A stretch of 64,000 bases of DNA from an uncultured Gemmatimonadales bacterium (GCA_963716255.1 OY970303.1:1824001-1888000), one strand, 5' to 3'. Counted from the stretch's first letter, positions 37,644 through 48,101 are shown. The notes: generated from the letters alone by a model not told the origin. Translations and numbers: made by a program.

Positions 37644-39077
37644 TCACACCAGCCACCGCACCGCCAGGTCCGCCACCCGCCGCGCCACCCCGCCGGAGAA
37701 CTTCGCGCGCAGGTACGCGTCCGAGGCGCGGCGGATGGACTCGGGGTAGGTGGGGTACACGTGGATCATCCCCGACAGGTCCGAGAGCTTGAGCCGGTGG
37801 CGCACGGCCAGGGTCGCCTCGTGGATGGTTTCCCCCGCGCGCGGCCCCACGATGTGCGCGCCCACCAGCCGCCCCCCGGGGTCCGTCACCAGCTTGGTGA
37901 GCCCCTCCGGCTCGCCGTCGCACACGGCGCGGTCCAGCGAGTCGTGCGCGTAGCGGAACACCCCCGCCGCCCCGCCCCAGCGCTCGCGCGCCTCCGCCTC
38001 CGTGAGCCCCACCCGCGCCACCTCCGGCTCGGTGTACGTGCACCAGGGCACCACCCGGTAGTCGGTCTTGCGGCCCACGGGGAAGAGCGCGTTGGGCGCC
38101 GCGAGCCGCCCGTGGTAGTCGGCGACGTGGGTGAAGCGGTACGGCCCCACCACGTCGCCCGCGGCCCAGGCGTTCGCCGCGGAGGTGCGCAGCTTCGCGT
38201 CCACGCGGATCCCCTCCGGGCCCGCCTCCACCCCCAGCACCTCCAGCCCCATCCCCTCCACGTTGGCCCTGCGGCCGGTGGCGACGAACACGGTCTCGGC
38301 GCGCAGCTCCTCCGGCGGCGCGCTCCCGGCGCGCAGCGTCGCCACCCGCTCCCCGCCCTCGGCCCGCACCGCCTCCGCCCGCGTCCCCAGCCGCACCGCC
38401 ACCCCCTCGCGCACCAGCGCGCGCCGCAGCACCTCCGCCACCTCCGGGTCCTCCCGCCCCAGCACCTGCGCACCGGCGTCCACCAGCGTCACCCGGCTCC
38501 CCAGCCGTGCAAAAGTCTGCGCCATCTCCACCCCGATGGGGCCCGCGCCCAGCACCAGCATGCTGGCCGGAAGACGCTCCATCTCCCACACGTCCTCGTG
38601 CGTGCGGAAGCCGGCCTCCTCCAGCCCGGGGATGGGAGGCACCGCCGTACGCGAGCCGGTCGCCAGCACCCAGCGCTTTGCCCGCACCCGCCGGCCGTCC
38701 ACCTCCGCCTCCTCCGGGCCGACGAAACGCGCCTGCCCCTGCACCACGTCCACGCCCATGCCGCGGAAGCGCTCCGGCGAGTCGTGCGGCTCGATGGCGG
38801 CGATGGTCCGGCGCACCCGCGCCATGACCGCGGCGAAGTCCGCCTTCGCCTCCGCCTCGCCCGCGCGGATCCCGAACTCCGCCGCCCGCCGGATCGTCGC
38901 CAGCGCCGCCGCCGAGCGGATGATCGCCTTGGAGGGGACGCACCCCGTCCACAGGCACTCCCCGCCCAGCCGGTGGCGCTCCACCAGCGCCGTGCGCGCC
39001 CCGATCCCCGCCGACACCGCGGCCGTCACCAGCCCCGCCGTCCCCCCGCCGATCACCGCCAGGTCGAACCGTTCCAC
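37644..39077 (-). CDS. Pyridine nucleotide-disulfide oxidoreductase (dihydrolipoyl dehydrogenase/MerA-like family)
   Basis: GGAGG then GTG 39077; GGGTAG, GGECLWTGCVPSK, GAGPIG, HVYPT. Confidence 0.9.
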   Translation of the reverse strand: MERFDLAVIGGGTAGLVTAAVSAGIGARTALVERHRLGGECLWTGCVPSKAIIRSAAALATIRRAAEFGIRAGEAEAKADFAAVMARVRRTIAAIEPHDSPERFRGMGVDVVQGQARFVGPEEAEVDGRRVRAKRWVLATGSRTAVPPIPGLEEAGFRTHEDVWEMERLPASMLVLGAGPIGVEMAQTFARLGSRVTLVDAGAQVLGREDPEVAEVLRRALVREGVAVRLGTRAEAVRAEGGERVATLRAGSAPPEELRAETVFVATGRRANVEGMGLEVLGVEAGPEGIRVDAKLRTSAANAWAAGDVVGPYRFTHVADYHGRLAAPNALFPVGRKTDYRVVPWCTYTEPEVARVGLTEAEARERWGGAAGVFRYAHDSLDRAVCDGEPEGLTKLVTDPGGRLVGAHIVGPRAGETIHEATLAVRHRLKLSDLSGMIHVYPTYPESIRRASDAYLRAKFSGGVARRVADLAVRWLV

Positions 39078-39253
39078 GCCGCACCTCCGCGCACGGGACA
39101 CCGCCCACCGCCGGACCAGGATCCGGAACCCTTTTCCATGCAGGCGTTTACAAGACCGCCGTAGCGTCCGCCCCCCGGCGGCGCGTATCTATATTGTACG
39201 CGCCCCCCGGGCGCACCCGACAGCAGCGAGCCCCCGGACCCGGAGCCCAAGCA

Positions 39254-41512
39254 GTGAAGCTCAACCTGAACGCCGCCGCCTGGCGCGAGCGCGCCCGCGG
39301 CGCGTGGCCGCGCCTGAAGAGCGCCTGGCGCGACCGGCAGGAGCGCAAGGTCCTCATCGCCTTCAGCGCCCTGGGCCTGGCCTCGTGCGGCACCGGCGCC
39401 GTGACCGCGGCGTGGACGCGGGCGTGCGTGGGCACCTGCCCCACGGCGGAGCAGATCGCCGACTTCGCCCCGCAGCAGGCCAGCCAGGTGCTGGACGCGC
39501 AGGGCGGGCTCCTGGGGACCTTCTACCGCGAGCGCCGCACCGTGGTCCCGCTGCGCACCCTGCCGCGCTACGTCCCCATGGCCTTCGTGGCGGTGGAGGA
39601 CCAGCGCTTCTTCGAGCACGAGGGGGTGGACCCCATCCGCATGATCGGCGCCGTGCGCGACAACATCATCAAGGGGTGGGGCGGCCCGGGGGGGAGCACC
39701 ATCACCATGCAGCTCGCCCGCAACCTGTTCCCGCAGCAGCTCCCCGCGGGCGAGAAGACGGTCCGCCGCAAGGTCGCCGAGATCAAGCTGGCGCTGGACA
39801 TGGAGGGGTCGTACTCCAAGGAGCGCATCCTGGAGATGTACCTCAACACCATCTACCTGGGCGCCGGTGCGTACGGCATCGAGGCCGCGTCGCGCACCTA
39901 CTTCGGCAAGCCCGCCTCGCGGCTCACCTACGTGGAGGCGGCCACCCTCGCCGCCCTCCCCAAGGCGCCCTCGTACTACAACCCGCGCCGCAACCCCGAG
40001 CCCGCCCGCGGCCGCCGCAACCTGGTGCTCGACTTCATGGCCGAGACCGGGGTGGTCACCGCCGCGCAGGCCGAGGCCGGCAAGCGCCAGCCGCTGGTGC
40101 TGGCGCCCCCCAGCGGCGCCATCCGCGCCCCGTACTTCGTGGAGCGCGTGCGCGACCAGCTGGAAGACAAGTTCGGCGAGCTGCTGTACACCGGCGGGCT
40201 GCGCATCCACACCGGCATAGACCCCCGCCTGCAGACCGCCGCCGAGCAGTCGCTGGAGCAGCACCTGGAAGAGATCGAGAACGGCAAGTTCGGCCCCTTC
40301 CCCCACCCCACCTACCAGAAGTTCACCGCCGCCCTGGCGGAGGACGAGGAGGTCACCCACACCCCGTACCTGCAGGGGCTGGTGGTGGTGATGGACCCGG
40401 CCACCGGCGCGATCCGCGCCATGGTGGGCGGGCGCGACTTCTCGCAGTCGCAGTTCAACCGCGCCACCCAGGCGCTGCGGCAGCCGGGCTCCGCCTTCAA
40501 GCCGTTCGTGTACGCCGCCGCGCTGGAAAAGGGGCGCTCTCCCCTGTACTCCGTATCGGACGGGCCCTTCTCGCTCACGATGGGGGACGGGTCGGTGTGG
40601 TCGCCCAAGAACTACGACGGCAAGTACGGCGGCTACACCACGCTCCGCGCCGGGCTGCGCAATTCCAAGAACATGGTCGCCATCCGCCTGGGGCGCGAGG
40701 TGGGGATCGAAGCGGTCCGCGACGTGGCAAAGCGCACCGGCATCCGCACCCGCATTCCCGGCTACCCGTCGGCCTACATCGGCTCCGTGGGGCTGTACCC
40801 GCTGGACCTGATCTCCGCCTACGCGCCCTTCGCCAACGGCGGCTTCCGGGTGGAGCCCCAGTACGTGCTGCGGGTGGAGGACAACCGGGGCCGGCTGCTC
40901 TGGGAGCCGCCGCAGTACCCCCGGCGCGCCATGGACCCCGCCGTGTCGTGGATCCTCACCGACATGCTGCGCGAGGTGGTGGACCGCGGCACCGGGTGGA
41001 ACGCCCGCAACCCGGACGAGGGGAACCTGTCCTACGACATCCCCGCGGCGGGGAAGACCGGCACCACCAACGAGTCCACCGACGTGTGGTTCGTGGGGTA
41101 CACCCCGGACCTGGTGGCCGGCGTGTGGGTGGGGCTGGACAACCCGCGCACCATCATCCACGGGGCCACCGGCGGGGCCATCGCGGTGCCGGTGTGGGCC
41201 CGGGTTATGCGTACTGCGTACGAGGGAAAGAAGCCGCCGGCCGAGTGGCCGCGCCCCCCGGGGGTGGTGAGCCGCAAGGTCAGCGGGGGCCGCGTCATCA
41301 CCGACGACTGCCCGTGGGGCGGCGGGTACACCGACTACTTCGCGGCCCGCTTCGCCCCCGAGGCGACCTGCGAGGCGCCCCGCGCGCTCCCGGACGTCAT
41401 GGTGGACCCGACGCCGCACCTCCCCGGCCGCCCGGTGTTCCCCGGCCAGCCGCGGGTGCCGCGCCCGGAAGACATCGTCACCACCCCGAAGCCACAGGAA
41501 CGAAGCGACTGA
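39254..41512 (+). CDS. Class A penicillin-binding protein (PBP1A family)
   Basis: GT51 motifs EDQRF, GGSTITMQL, ILEMYLN; TP motifs SAFK, SKN, KTG. Confidence 0.93.
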   Translation: MKLNLNAAAWRERARGAWPRLKSAWRDRQERKVLIAFSALGLASCGTGAVTAAWTRACVGTCPTAEQIADFAPQQASQVLDAQGGLLGTFYRERRTVVPLRTLPRYVPMAFVAVEDQRFFEHEGVDPIRMIGAVRDNIIKGWGGPGGSTITMQLARNLFPQQLPAGEKTVRRKVAEIKLALDMEGSYSKERILEMYLNTIYLGAGAYGIEAASRTYFGKPASRLTYVEAATLAALPKAPSYYNPRRNPEPARGRRNLVLDFMAETGVVTAAQAEAGKRQPLVLAPPSGAIRAPYFVERVRDQLEDKFGELLYTGGLRIHTGIDPRLQTAAEQSLEQHLEEIENGKFGPFPHPTYQKFTAALAEDEEVTHTPYLQGLVVVMDPATGAIRAMVGGRDFSQSQFNRATQALRQPGSAFKPFVYAAALEKGRSPLYSVSDGPFSLTMGDGSVWSPKNYDGKYGGYTTLRAGLRNSKNMVAIRLGREVGIEAVRDVAKRTGIRTRIPGYPSAYIGSVGLYPLDLISAYAPFANGGFRVEPQYVLRVEDNRGRLLWEPPQYPRRAMDPAVSWILTDMLREVVDRGTGWNARNPDEGNLSYDIPAAGKTGTTNESTDVWFVGYTPDLVAGVWVGLDNPRTIIHGATGGAIAVPVWARVMRTAYEGKKPPAEWPRPPGVVSRKVSGGRVITDDCPWGGGYTDYFAARFAPEATCEAPRALPDVMVDPTPHLPGRPVFPGQPRVPRPEDIVTTPKPQERSD

Positions 41513-44046
41513 TGAGCCGCAACTCCGCGTCGGACGAGACCCTGGTGTTCGGGGAGGAGCCCCGGCGGCGCGACCCCGAGCGGCGCCCGCGCCGCCGGAT
41601 GCTGCGCCGGATCCTCCTGGCGCTGGGAACGCTCGCCGTCGCGGCGTTCGCCTGGCTCTGGTTCGCCCCCTGCGGCTTCGGGGGGTGCGCCCCCGTGTCC
41701 GAGCTGGAAGGCTTCAAGGCCGAGGGCTCCGAGCTGCTGGACATGAACGGCGACGCCTTCGGCACCCTCGCCGCGGCGAACCGCCGGGTGGTGCCGCTGG
41801 ACTCCCTCCCCGAGTACCTCCCCAGGGCCTTCCTGGCCGTGGAGGACCGCCGCTTCTACCAGCACGGCGGGGTGGACTGGAAGCGCTTCGGCGGGGCCAT
41901 GCTGAGCAACGTCAAGGCCGGCGGCGTGGCCGAGGGCGGGAGCACCATCACCATGCAGCTCGCCCGCAACCTCTTCCCCGACCACCTCCCCTACCAGGAG
42001 CGCTCCATCCGCCGCAAGCTGATGGAGATCCGCGTCGCCCGGCAGATCGAGCGGGCCTTCTCCAAGGACAAGATCCTGGAGCTGTACCTCAACCACATCT
42101 ACCTGGGCGAGGGCGCCTACGGGATCGACGCCGCCGCGCGCGAGTACTTCGGCAAGCCGGCCTCGCAGCTGACGCTGGCCGAGGCCGCGACGCTGGGCGG
42201 GCTCCCCAAGGCCCCCTCGCAGATCAACCCGCGCGAGAACCGCGAGCGCTCCCGCGAGCGGCGCGACCTGGTGCTGGGCGAGATGGCAAAGGCCGGCTAC
42301 GTCCCCGCCGCGGAGGCGGAGGAAGCGCGGGGCACCCCCATCCGCCTGGCCAGGAGCACCGCGGGCGGGCGGGCCCAGCGCGGCGCCTGGTTCATCGCCC
42401 GGGTGCGCCACGAGCTGGAGGAGGTCGCCGGCGACCGCGCCCTCGCCGCGGGCCTCAAGGTGTTCACTACCTACGACCCGCGCGCCCAGGCCGCCGCCGA
42501 GCAGGAGATCGCCCGGCAGCTGGACGCCGTGGAGGCCGGGCAGTTCGGCGCGTACCGCCACGCCACCTACCCCGAGACCAAGGGCGAGACGGAGGCCGGC
42601 ACCACGCCGTACCTGCAGGGCGCCGTGATCCTGATGGACGCCACGAGCGGCGAGGTGCGCGCGCTGGTGGGCGGCCGCGACTACGACGATTCCAAGTTCG
42701 ACCGGGTGTTCCAGGCGGTGCGCCAGCCCGGCTCGCTCTTCAAGCCGTTCGTGTACCTCACCGCCCTGGAGAAGGGGATGGCGCCCACCCACGTGGTGGA
42801 GGACGCCCCGGTGCGCATGGTGCTCACCGGCGGGCGGGTGTGGGAGCCCAAGAACTACACCGGCCGCTTCGACGGGCCGCTGACCATCCGCGAAGCGCTC
42901 ACCCGCTCCAAGAACACGGTCACCGTGCGCCTGGCCGAGGAGGTGGGGATGAGCGACGTGATCGCCAACGCGCACGCGCTGGGAATCAGCAGCGACATCT
43001 CCCCCCTCCCCTCCACCGCGCTGGGCGCCTCCGAAGTCCGCCCCGTGGACCTGGCGGAGGCGTACGCCGCCTTCGCCAACCTGGGGACGCGCGTGCGCCC
43101 GCACTTCGTCCGCCGCGTGGAGACCCAGGACGGCGACGTGCTGTGGGAGGCGGAGCCGGAGGGCGAGGAGGTCATCGACGCCGGGACCGCCTTCGTGCTC
43201 ACCACCATGCTCCAGGACGTGGTGAGCCGCGGGACCGGGACCCCCGCGCGCGCCGGCGGCTACCGGGGCCCCGCCGCCGGGAAGACCGGCACCACCAACG
43301 GCGCCACCGACATCTGGTTCGCCGGCTACACGCCGGACCTGGTGGGGATCGTGTGGATGGGGCTGGACCGGCCGCGCACCATCGTGCGCGGCGCCTCCGG
43401 CGGCACCATCGCCGCCCCCGTTTGGGGGCGGATCATGGCGCGCGTCTACGCCGGCCGCCCCACGCCGCGTCCCTGGCCGCAGCCCGGCGGCGTGGTCACC
43501 GCCCAGGTGGACCGCGTCAGCGGCGTGGCGGTGGACGGGAGCTGCCCGGCGCGCGGGCCCACGTACACCGAGTACTTCGTGAACTCGGTCCCGGCGCGGG
43601 AAACGTGCTACCCCGGCGCCCCCTACCCCACCTACGCCGGGCTGGACACCGCCTGGGTGGACGAGGAGTGGAACATGGGAACCGGCGGCTGGGCCGAGGA
43701 GGGAGACACCGCGCTCGGCGAGGACGAGGTCGCCCCCGGGATCGTGTGGCCGGAGCTGGAGGAGCAGCGGCGGGCCGGCGAGGAGCGCGTCGCCGTGGGC
43801 GAGCCGCTCCCGCCGCCGCCGGGCGCCGCCCCGCGGACGCCCGCGCCGCCCTCCACCCGCGCGCCGCGCCCCGTCGGGCGCGAGACCGCACCCCCGCCCG
43901 AGACCGGCGCACCGCGCCCCGCTCCCGCGCCGGAAGAGCCGGCGCCGCCCCGCGAGATCCTGCCCGTTCCCACCTCCCCCCCGGAGGCGGAGCCGGAGCC
44001 CGCGCCGCCGCCCGCGACGCCCCCCGACACCACCCGCAAGCCCTGA
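41512..44046 (+). CDS. Class A penicillin-binding protein (PBP1A family) with Pro-rich tail
   Basis: TGATG overlap with the upstream PBP; EDRRF, GGSTITMQL, SLFK, SKN, KTG. Confidence 0.93.
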   Translation: MSRNSASDETLVFGEEPRRRDPERRPRRRMLRRILLALGTLAVAAFAWLWFAPCGFGGCAPVSELEGFKAEGSELLDMNGDAFGTLAAANRRVVPLDSLPEYLPRAFLAVEDRRFYQHGGVDWKRFGGAMLSNVKAGGVAEGGSTITMQLARNLFPDHLPYQERSIRRKLMEIRVARQIERAFSKDKILELYLNHIYLGEGAYGIDAAAREYFGKPASQLTLAEAATLGGLPKAPSQINPRENRERSRERRDLVLGEMAKAGYVPAAEAEEARGTPIRLARSTAGGRAQRGAWFIARVRHELEEVAGDRALAAGLKVFTTYDPRAQAAAEQEIARQLDAVEAGQFGAYRHATYPETKGETEAGTTPYLQGAVILMDATSGEVRALVGGRDYDDSKFDRVFQAVRQPGSLFKPFVYLTALEKGMAPTHVVEDAPVRMVLTGGRVWEPKNYTGRFDGPLTIREALTRSKNTVTVRLAEEVGMSDVIANAHALGISSDISPLPSTALGASEVRPVDLAEAYAAFANLGTRVRPHFVRRVETQDGDVLWEAEPEGEEVIDAGTAFVLTTMLQDVVSRGTGTPARAGGYRGPAAGKTGTTNGATDIWFAGYTPDLVGIVWMGLDRPRTIVRGASGGTIAAPVWGRIMARVYAGRPTPRPWPQPGGVVTAQVDRVSGVAVDGSCPARGPTYTEYFVNSVPARETCYPGAPYPTYAGLDTAWVDEEWNMGTGGWAEEGDTALGEDEVAPGIVWPELEEQRRAGEERVAVGEPLPPPPGAAPRTPAPPSTRAPRPVGRETAPPPETGAPRPAPAPEEPAPPREILPVPTSPPEAEPEPAPPPATPPDTTRKP

Positions 44047-44188
44047 CCTCGCCGCCGCCCGCTCCCCCGGGGCGGCGGAACACTTTCTCCCGGCCGGGGT
44101 TGCATTTCCCGTCGCGCGGGGAGCGCAGCTCGCGCCCCGGCATCCGCGCCCGCCGGACCCAATCGAGACATCCAACGAAGGAACGACC

Positions 44189-44806
44189 TTGCTGAATCGC
44201 ACCCTCCGGGCGGCCGCCGTCGCCCTCGCGGTCGCCACCCTGCCGGCGGCCCTCGCCGCCCAGCAGCGTCCGCCCTCGGCCCAGCGGGCCGCCGCGCCCC
44301 GCGCCGCCACCCCCACGCTGACCGCCGCCCAGCGCGAGGCCCAGGGGTGGTACCGCGAGCTCATGCAGATCGGCCAGCGCCTTCAGGCGGCGCAGCTGCG
44401 GGCCATGCAGGACCCGCAGCTCAAGACGGCGCAGGAGCAGCTCGGCAGGGACCTCAAGGCCGCCATCGTGCGGGCGGACCCCACCCTCGCCAACGTGGAC
44501 GCCCGCGCCCGCGCCATGGAGGCCGAGGCGCGCCAGGCCCAGCAGGCCGGCGACCAGGCGAAGATGGCGCGCCTCTCCCAGGAGGCCCAGCAGATCCAGG
44601 TGAAGGTGATGAACGCGCAGCAGCGGGCCCTCCGCGACAACCCCGCTCTGGCGACGCGCGCCCGCGGCTTCGAGGAGCAGCTTCGCCGCAAGATGGTGCA
44701 GTTGGAGCCGCAGACCATGGCGCTGGTGGCGCGCGGCCAGGAGCTCCAGGGAAAGCTCTCGCAGGTGGCGCGGGCGCAGCAGAGCGCGGCGCGCCCCAGG
44801 CAGTAG
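44189..44806 (+). CDS. Secreted Gln/Ala-rich coiled-coil hypothetical protein
   Basis: AAGGA then TTG; signal peptide ending ALAA-Q; helical Q-rich body. Confidence 0.7.
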   Translation: MLNRTLRAAAVALAVATLPAALAAQQRPPSAQRAAAPRAATPTLTAAQREAQGWYRELMQIGQRLQAAQLRAMQDPQLKTAQEQLGRDLKAAIVRADPTLANVDARARAMEAEARQAQQAGDQAKMARLSQEAQQIQVKVMNAQQRALRDNPALATRARGFEEQLRRKMVQLEPQTMALVARGQELQGKLSQVARAQQSAARPRQ

Positions 44807-44882
44807 CCGCCCCGCCCGGCAGGCGCGAAGAGGGGGTCCACCCGCGGGTGGACGCCCCTCCGCCGTTCCGGCCCCCGCGCGG

Positions 44883-46253
44883 CTACCGCATCTCCCGCAG
44901 GATCTCCTCCACCGTCCCCAGCGCCGCGTCCGCCTGCGCCTCCGTGATCACGAACGGCGGCGACAGCGACAGCACGCTGCCGTGGATCCCGCCGCCCAGC
45001 AGGATCACCCCGCGCCGCAGCCCCTCCACCATCAGCCTCCCCGCCAGCTCCGGCGCGGGCTCCCGGCTTCCGCGGTCGCGCACCATCTCCACCCCGATCA
45101 TCATTCCCCGCCCGCGCACCTCCCCCACCCGCGGGTGGTCCGCCACCGCCTCCGCCAGGCGCGCCATCATCCGCGCGCCCAGCTCCGCCGAGCGCTCCAC
45201 CAGCCGCTCCTCGCGCAGCGCCGACATGGCCGCGAGCGCCGCCGCGCACCCCACCGGGTGGCCCAGGAAGGTGGACGTGTGGATCGCCTCCCCCGTGGAG
45301 CGCGGCCAGCGCTCCATCACCGCGTCCGTGCCGATGCACGCCGCGAACGGGAAGCCCCCCGTCAGCCCCTTCCCCACCACCATCACGTCCGGCACCACCC
45401 CCCAGTGCTCGCACGCGAACCAGCGCCCCGTGCGCCCGAAGCCGGTGTACACCTCGTCCAGCACCAGCAGCAGCCCGCGCTCGTCGCAGATGCGGCGCAG
45501 GCCGGGGAGGAAGCCGTCCGGCGGCACCACGTCGCCGCCGCGCGCCTGGATGGGCTCCACCAGGATCGCCCCGATCCCCTCCGAGGCCGAGCCCGGGGTG
45601 TCCAGCGTATGCTCCACCAGGCGCAGCGTTGCGGCGCACACCTCCTCCGGGTCGCGCCCGAAGGGCGAGCGGTAGGGATACGGAAAGGGGACGAACACCG
45701 CGCCGGGCCCCAGCTGCGCGGAAAACGGCGCGCGGAAGTCCTCCCGCCCCGAGACCGAGAGCGCGCGGTAGGTGAGCCCGTGGTAGCTGCCGTGAAAGGC
45801 GAGCACCCGCGGCTTCCCGGTGGCCATCACCGCCGTCTTGAGCGCCGCCTCCACCGCCTCCGCGCCCGAGCTGGCGAGCACGCTGCGCGTCAGACCGCCC
45901 GGCGCCGCCTCCGCCAGGGCGCGCAGCAGCTCCACCTTCACGGCCGGCGGATGCACGTCGCCCATCCCGTGGAGCAGGCGCGCCGACTGCCGCCGGATCG
46001 CGTCCACCACCCGCGGGTGCGCGTGCCCGATCCCCGCCACGGCGAACGCGGCGGTGAGGTCCACGTACAGGTTGCCGTCGACGTCGCGCACGTTGGCCCC
46101 GCGGGCCTCCTCCCAGAACACCGGGAAGTCGTCCGCAAGGTAGGTGACGTTGGGCGATTCCCAGCGCGCCAGCTCGGCCGCGAGCGCGCGGGAGCGCGGC
46201 CCCGGCGGGGGTGTCGTTACGTGGGGAAGAAGGGTGCCGAAGGCTTCGCTCAT
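44883..46253 (-). CDS. Class III PLP aminotransferase (GabT/ArgD-like)
   Basis: ATG 46253; SSGAEAVE, FHGSYHG, EPIQ, DEVYTGFGRTG, GKGLTGG. Confidence 0.92.
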   Translation of the reverse strand: MSEAFGTLLPHVTTPPPGPRSRALAAELARWESPNVTYLADDFPVFWEEARGANVRDVDGNLYVDLTAAFAVAGIGHAHPRVVDAIRRQSARLLHGMGDVHPPAVKVELLRALAEAAPGGLTRSVLASSGAEAVEAALKTAVMATGKPRVLAFHGSYHGLTYRALSVSGREDFRAPFSAQLGPGAVFVPFPYPYRSPFGRDPEEVCAATLRLVEHTLDTPGSASEGIGAILVEPIQARGGDVVPPDGFLPGLRRICDERGLLLVLDEVYTGFGRTGRWFACEHWGVVPDVMVVGKGLTGGFPFAACIGTDAVMERWPRSTGEAIHTSTFLGHPVGCAAALAAMSALREERLVERSAELGARMMARLAEAVADHPRVGEVRGRGMMIGVEMVRDRGSREPAPELAGRLMVEGLRRGVILLGGGIHGSVLSLSPPFVITEAQADAALGTVEEILREMR

Positions 46254-46287
46254 CGTCGGATCGAGACAGGTTGTTGAAAAGCCAGGG

Positions 46288-46418
46288 TCGGGCGTGCCCC
46301 CGGCTGGCGCCGGGGTCGGGCTTCGGCTCCGTAGAGCAGCAAACAACGCTGCTCAACGGAGTCGAGCCCCGGCAAACCGCCGCCGGGTCTCGCCCCTTCG
46401 GGCCGTAATCCCTCACGC
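46288..46418 (-). repeat. Element A, complete copy
   Basis: P4 CCCGGC-GGCGGTTT-GCCGGG; P5 GAGCAGC/GCTGCTC. Confidence 0.9.
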
Positions 46419-46451
46419 AACTGCCTGCCCGTACTCCGGATCCAGCAGTTG

Positions 46452-46542
46452 CCCCCTCTCCCAGGATGGCGCTTCACGCTTCGCGTGAACCGGCATCCTG
46501 GGAGAGGGTGGCGAGCCTCAAGCGAGCCGGGTGAGGGCCGCC
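46452..46542. repeat. Half of module B with a nested 27-bp hairpin (module F)
   Basis: ccctctcccagga-[tggcgcttcacgcttcgcgtgaaccgg]-catcctgggagaggg-tggcgagcctcaagcgagccgggtgagggcc. Confidence 0.7.
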
Positions 46543-46741
46543 GGCGAATCATGGCGGCCCGTGTGCCGCGGGGCAACCGCGGCGGGCGAGGCGCTCGCGC
46601 TCCACCGGATCCCCATCGCGCCGAGCTCCGCCGTCCACCACCGTGCCTAACTCCGGCCTGCACAGGCGGGTGCGGGGTGAACGCATGTCCGCCGAGCGCG
46701 CGACGCCCGGTGCGACGCCTCCGCCGCATGAGACGAAGCTC

Positions 46742-46770
46742 TTGACAACCCTCAACTTACGCTGCTTCGT
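46742..46770 (+). promoter_or_regulatory. Candidate sigma-70 promoter, duplicated at 48234
   Basis: TTGACA-N15-TG-CTTCGT. Confidence 0.5.
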
Positions 46771-46829
46771 GCCGGAAGGTGTACGACACCCCCCGCGGTT
46801 CCCCCCCTCCCTTCCCCAGGAGACGTGTC

Positions 46830-48101
46830 ATGAGAATGCGAATCGCTCTTCTTGCTGCGTCCATCGGCCTGGCTGCCTGCCAGAGCGACGAGGTCACCCC
46901 CCCAGCCGCCCCGTCCATGAGCGCCGCCGCAGCCCAGGAGAACTTCCTCACGGTCGTTCCCGAGCAGGCGCTGAACAATGCGCAGAGCAGCCTGCTCTCA
47001 ACCATCAAGGGCCGCTCCAGCACGGCCGAGGTGCACCTGGCGCGCATCGCCGGAGCCCCCGGCCGCATGCTCCGGCAGGGCAGCGTGGTCCGCATCGGGG
47101 TGGCTCCGGGAGTGCAATTGGTCGCCGTAGGGGAGAAGGTCTCGCAGCGCTCGGCCGACGACTTCTCGTGGGCGGGCCTCGTCCGGGGCGGCGAGGGCTG
47201 GGTGCAGATGGTGATGATGGACGGCGGCGTCACGGCCACGGTCCGCCTGGGAACCGGTGCCGTGTACAGCATCGAGCCGCTGGGCAACGGCCTGCACGCC
47301 GTGTCCCGCATCGACCAGCGCGGCTACCCTTCCGAGCACACCCCTGACAACCCCAGCGGCGCGCTGAGCGACGCGCTCGATGCCGCCGCCCGGGCGGAGA
47401 CCGGCGGCGAAGGCGGCAGCATCGGCACCCAGGCCCTTTCCACGGTCAACGTGCTGGCGGTGTACACGGCCGCGGCGGCCGCCGCCACCGCCAACATAGG
47501 CAGCCTGATCCAGCTCGCCGTGGACGAGACCAACCAGTCCTACGTGAACAGCGGCATCAGCATCGACATGGTGCGGGTGCACACCGCCCAGGTCACCTAC
47601 AAGGAGAAGGGCACCTTCTCCCAGCACATCACCCGCTTGCAGGGCACCAGCGATGGCTACATGGACAACGTCCACGCGCTGCGCAACACCTACGCGGCCG
47701 ACGTCGTGGTGCTGGTGGTGAACGACAGCGAGGCCTGCGGCATCGCCGCCGCGATCAACGCGACCGCTGCCACCGCCTTCGCCGTCGCCCACTACAGCTG
47801 CATCACGGGCTACTACTCCTTCGCCCACGAGGTCGGGCACCTGCAGGGCGCCCGCCACGACCGCTTCGTGGACGGCAGCACCTCCCCGTTCTCCTACGGC
47901 CACGGCTTCATCCCGTCGACCAAGAACTGGCGCACCGTGATGGCCTACGGCAACAACTGCAGCAACTGCACGCGCATCCAGTGGTGGTCCAACCCGCTCG
48001 TGACCTACCCGGCCACCGGCCAGGCGATGGGGACCGTCACCTACGAGGACAACGCGCGGGTGCTCAACCTCACCGCCCCCACGGTCGCCCTCTTCCGGTA
48101 G
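46830..48101 (+). CDS. M12/reprolysin-like zinc metalloprotease lipoprotein, paralog 1
   Basis: Lipobox LAAC; HEVGHLQGARH (HExxHxxGxxH); Met-turn TVMAY. Confidence 0.88.
   Translation: MRMRIALLAASIGLAACQSDEVTPPAAPSMSAAAAQENFLTVVPEQALNNAQSSLLSTIKGRSSTAEVHLARIAGAPGRMLRQGSVVRIGVAPGVQLVAVGEKVSQRSADDFSWAGLVRGGEGWVQMVMMDGGVTATVRLGTGAVYSIEPLGNGLHAVSRIDQRGYPSEHTPDNPSGALSDALDAAARAETGGEGGSIGTQALSTVNVLAVYTAAAAAATANIGSLIQLAVDETNQSYVNSGISIDMVRVHTAQVTYKEKGTFSQHITRLQGTSDGYMDNVHALRNTYAADVVVLVVNDSEACGIAAAINATAATAFAVAHYSCITGYYSFAHEVGHLQGARHDRFVDGSTSPFSYGHGFIPSTKNWRTVMAYGNNCSNCTRIQWWSNPLVTYPATGQAMGTVTYEDNARVLNLTAPTVALFR

Noticed and set aside
37644..39077. Mercuric reductase merA
   Set aside because: No C-terminal Cys-Cys pair, no NmerA domain and no mer genes nearby.
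38131..44046. 1971-aa ORF as a giant PBP fusion
   Set aside because: Only the part from ATG 41512 is protein-like; the upstream part overlaps other genes in other frames.
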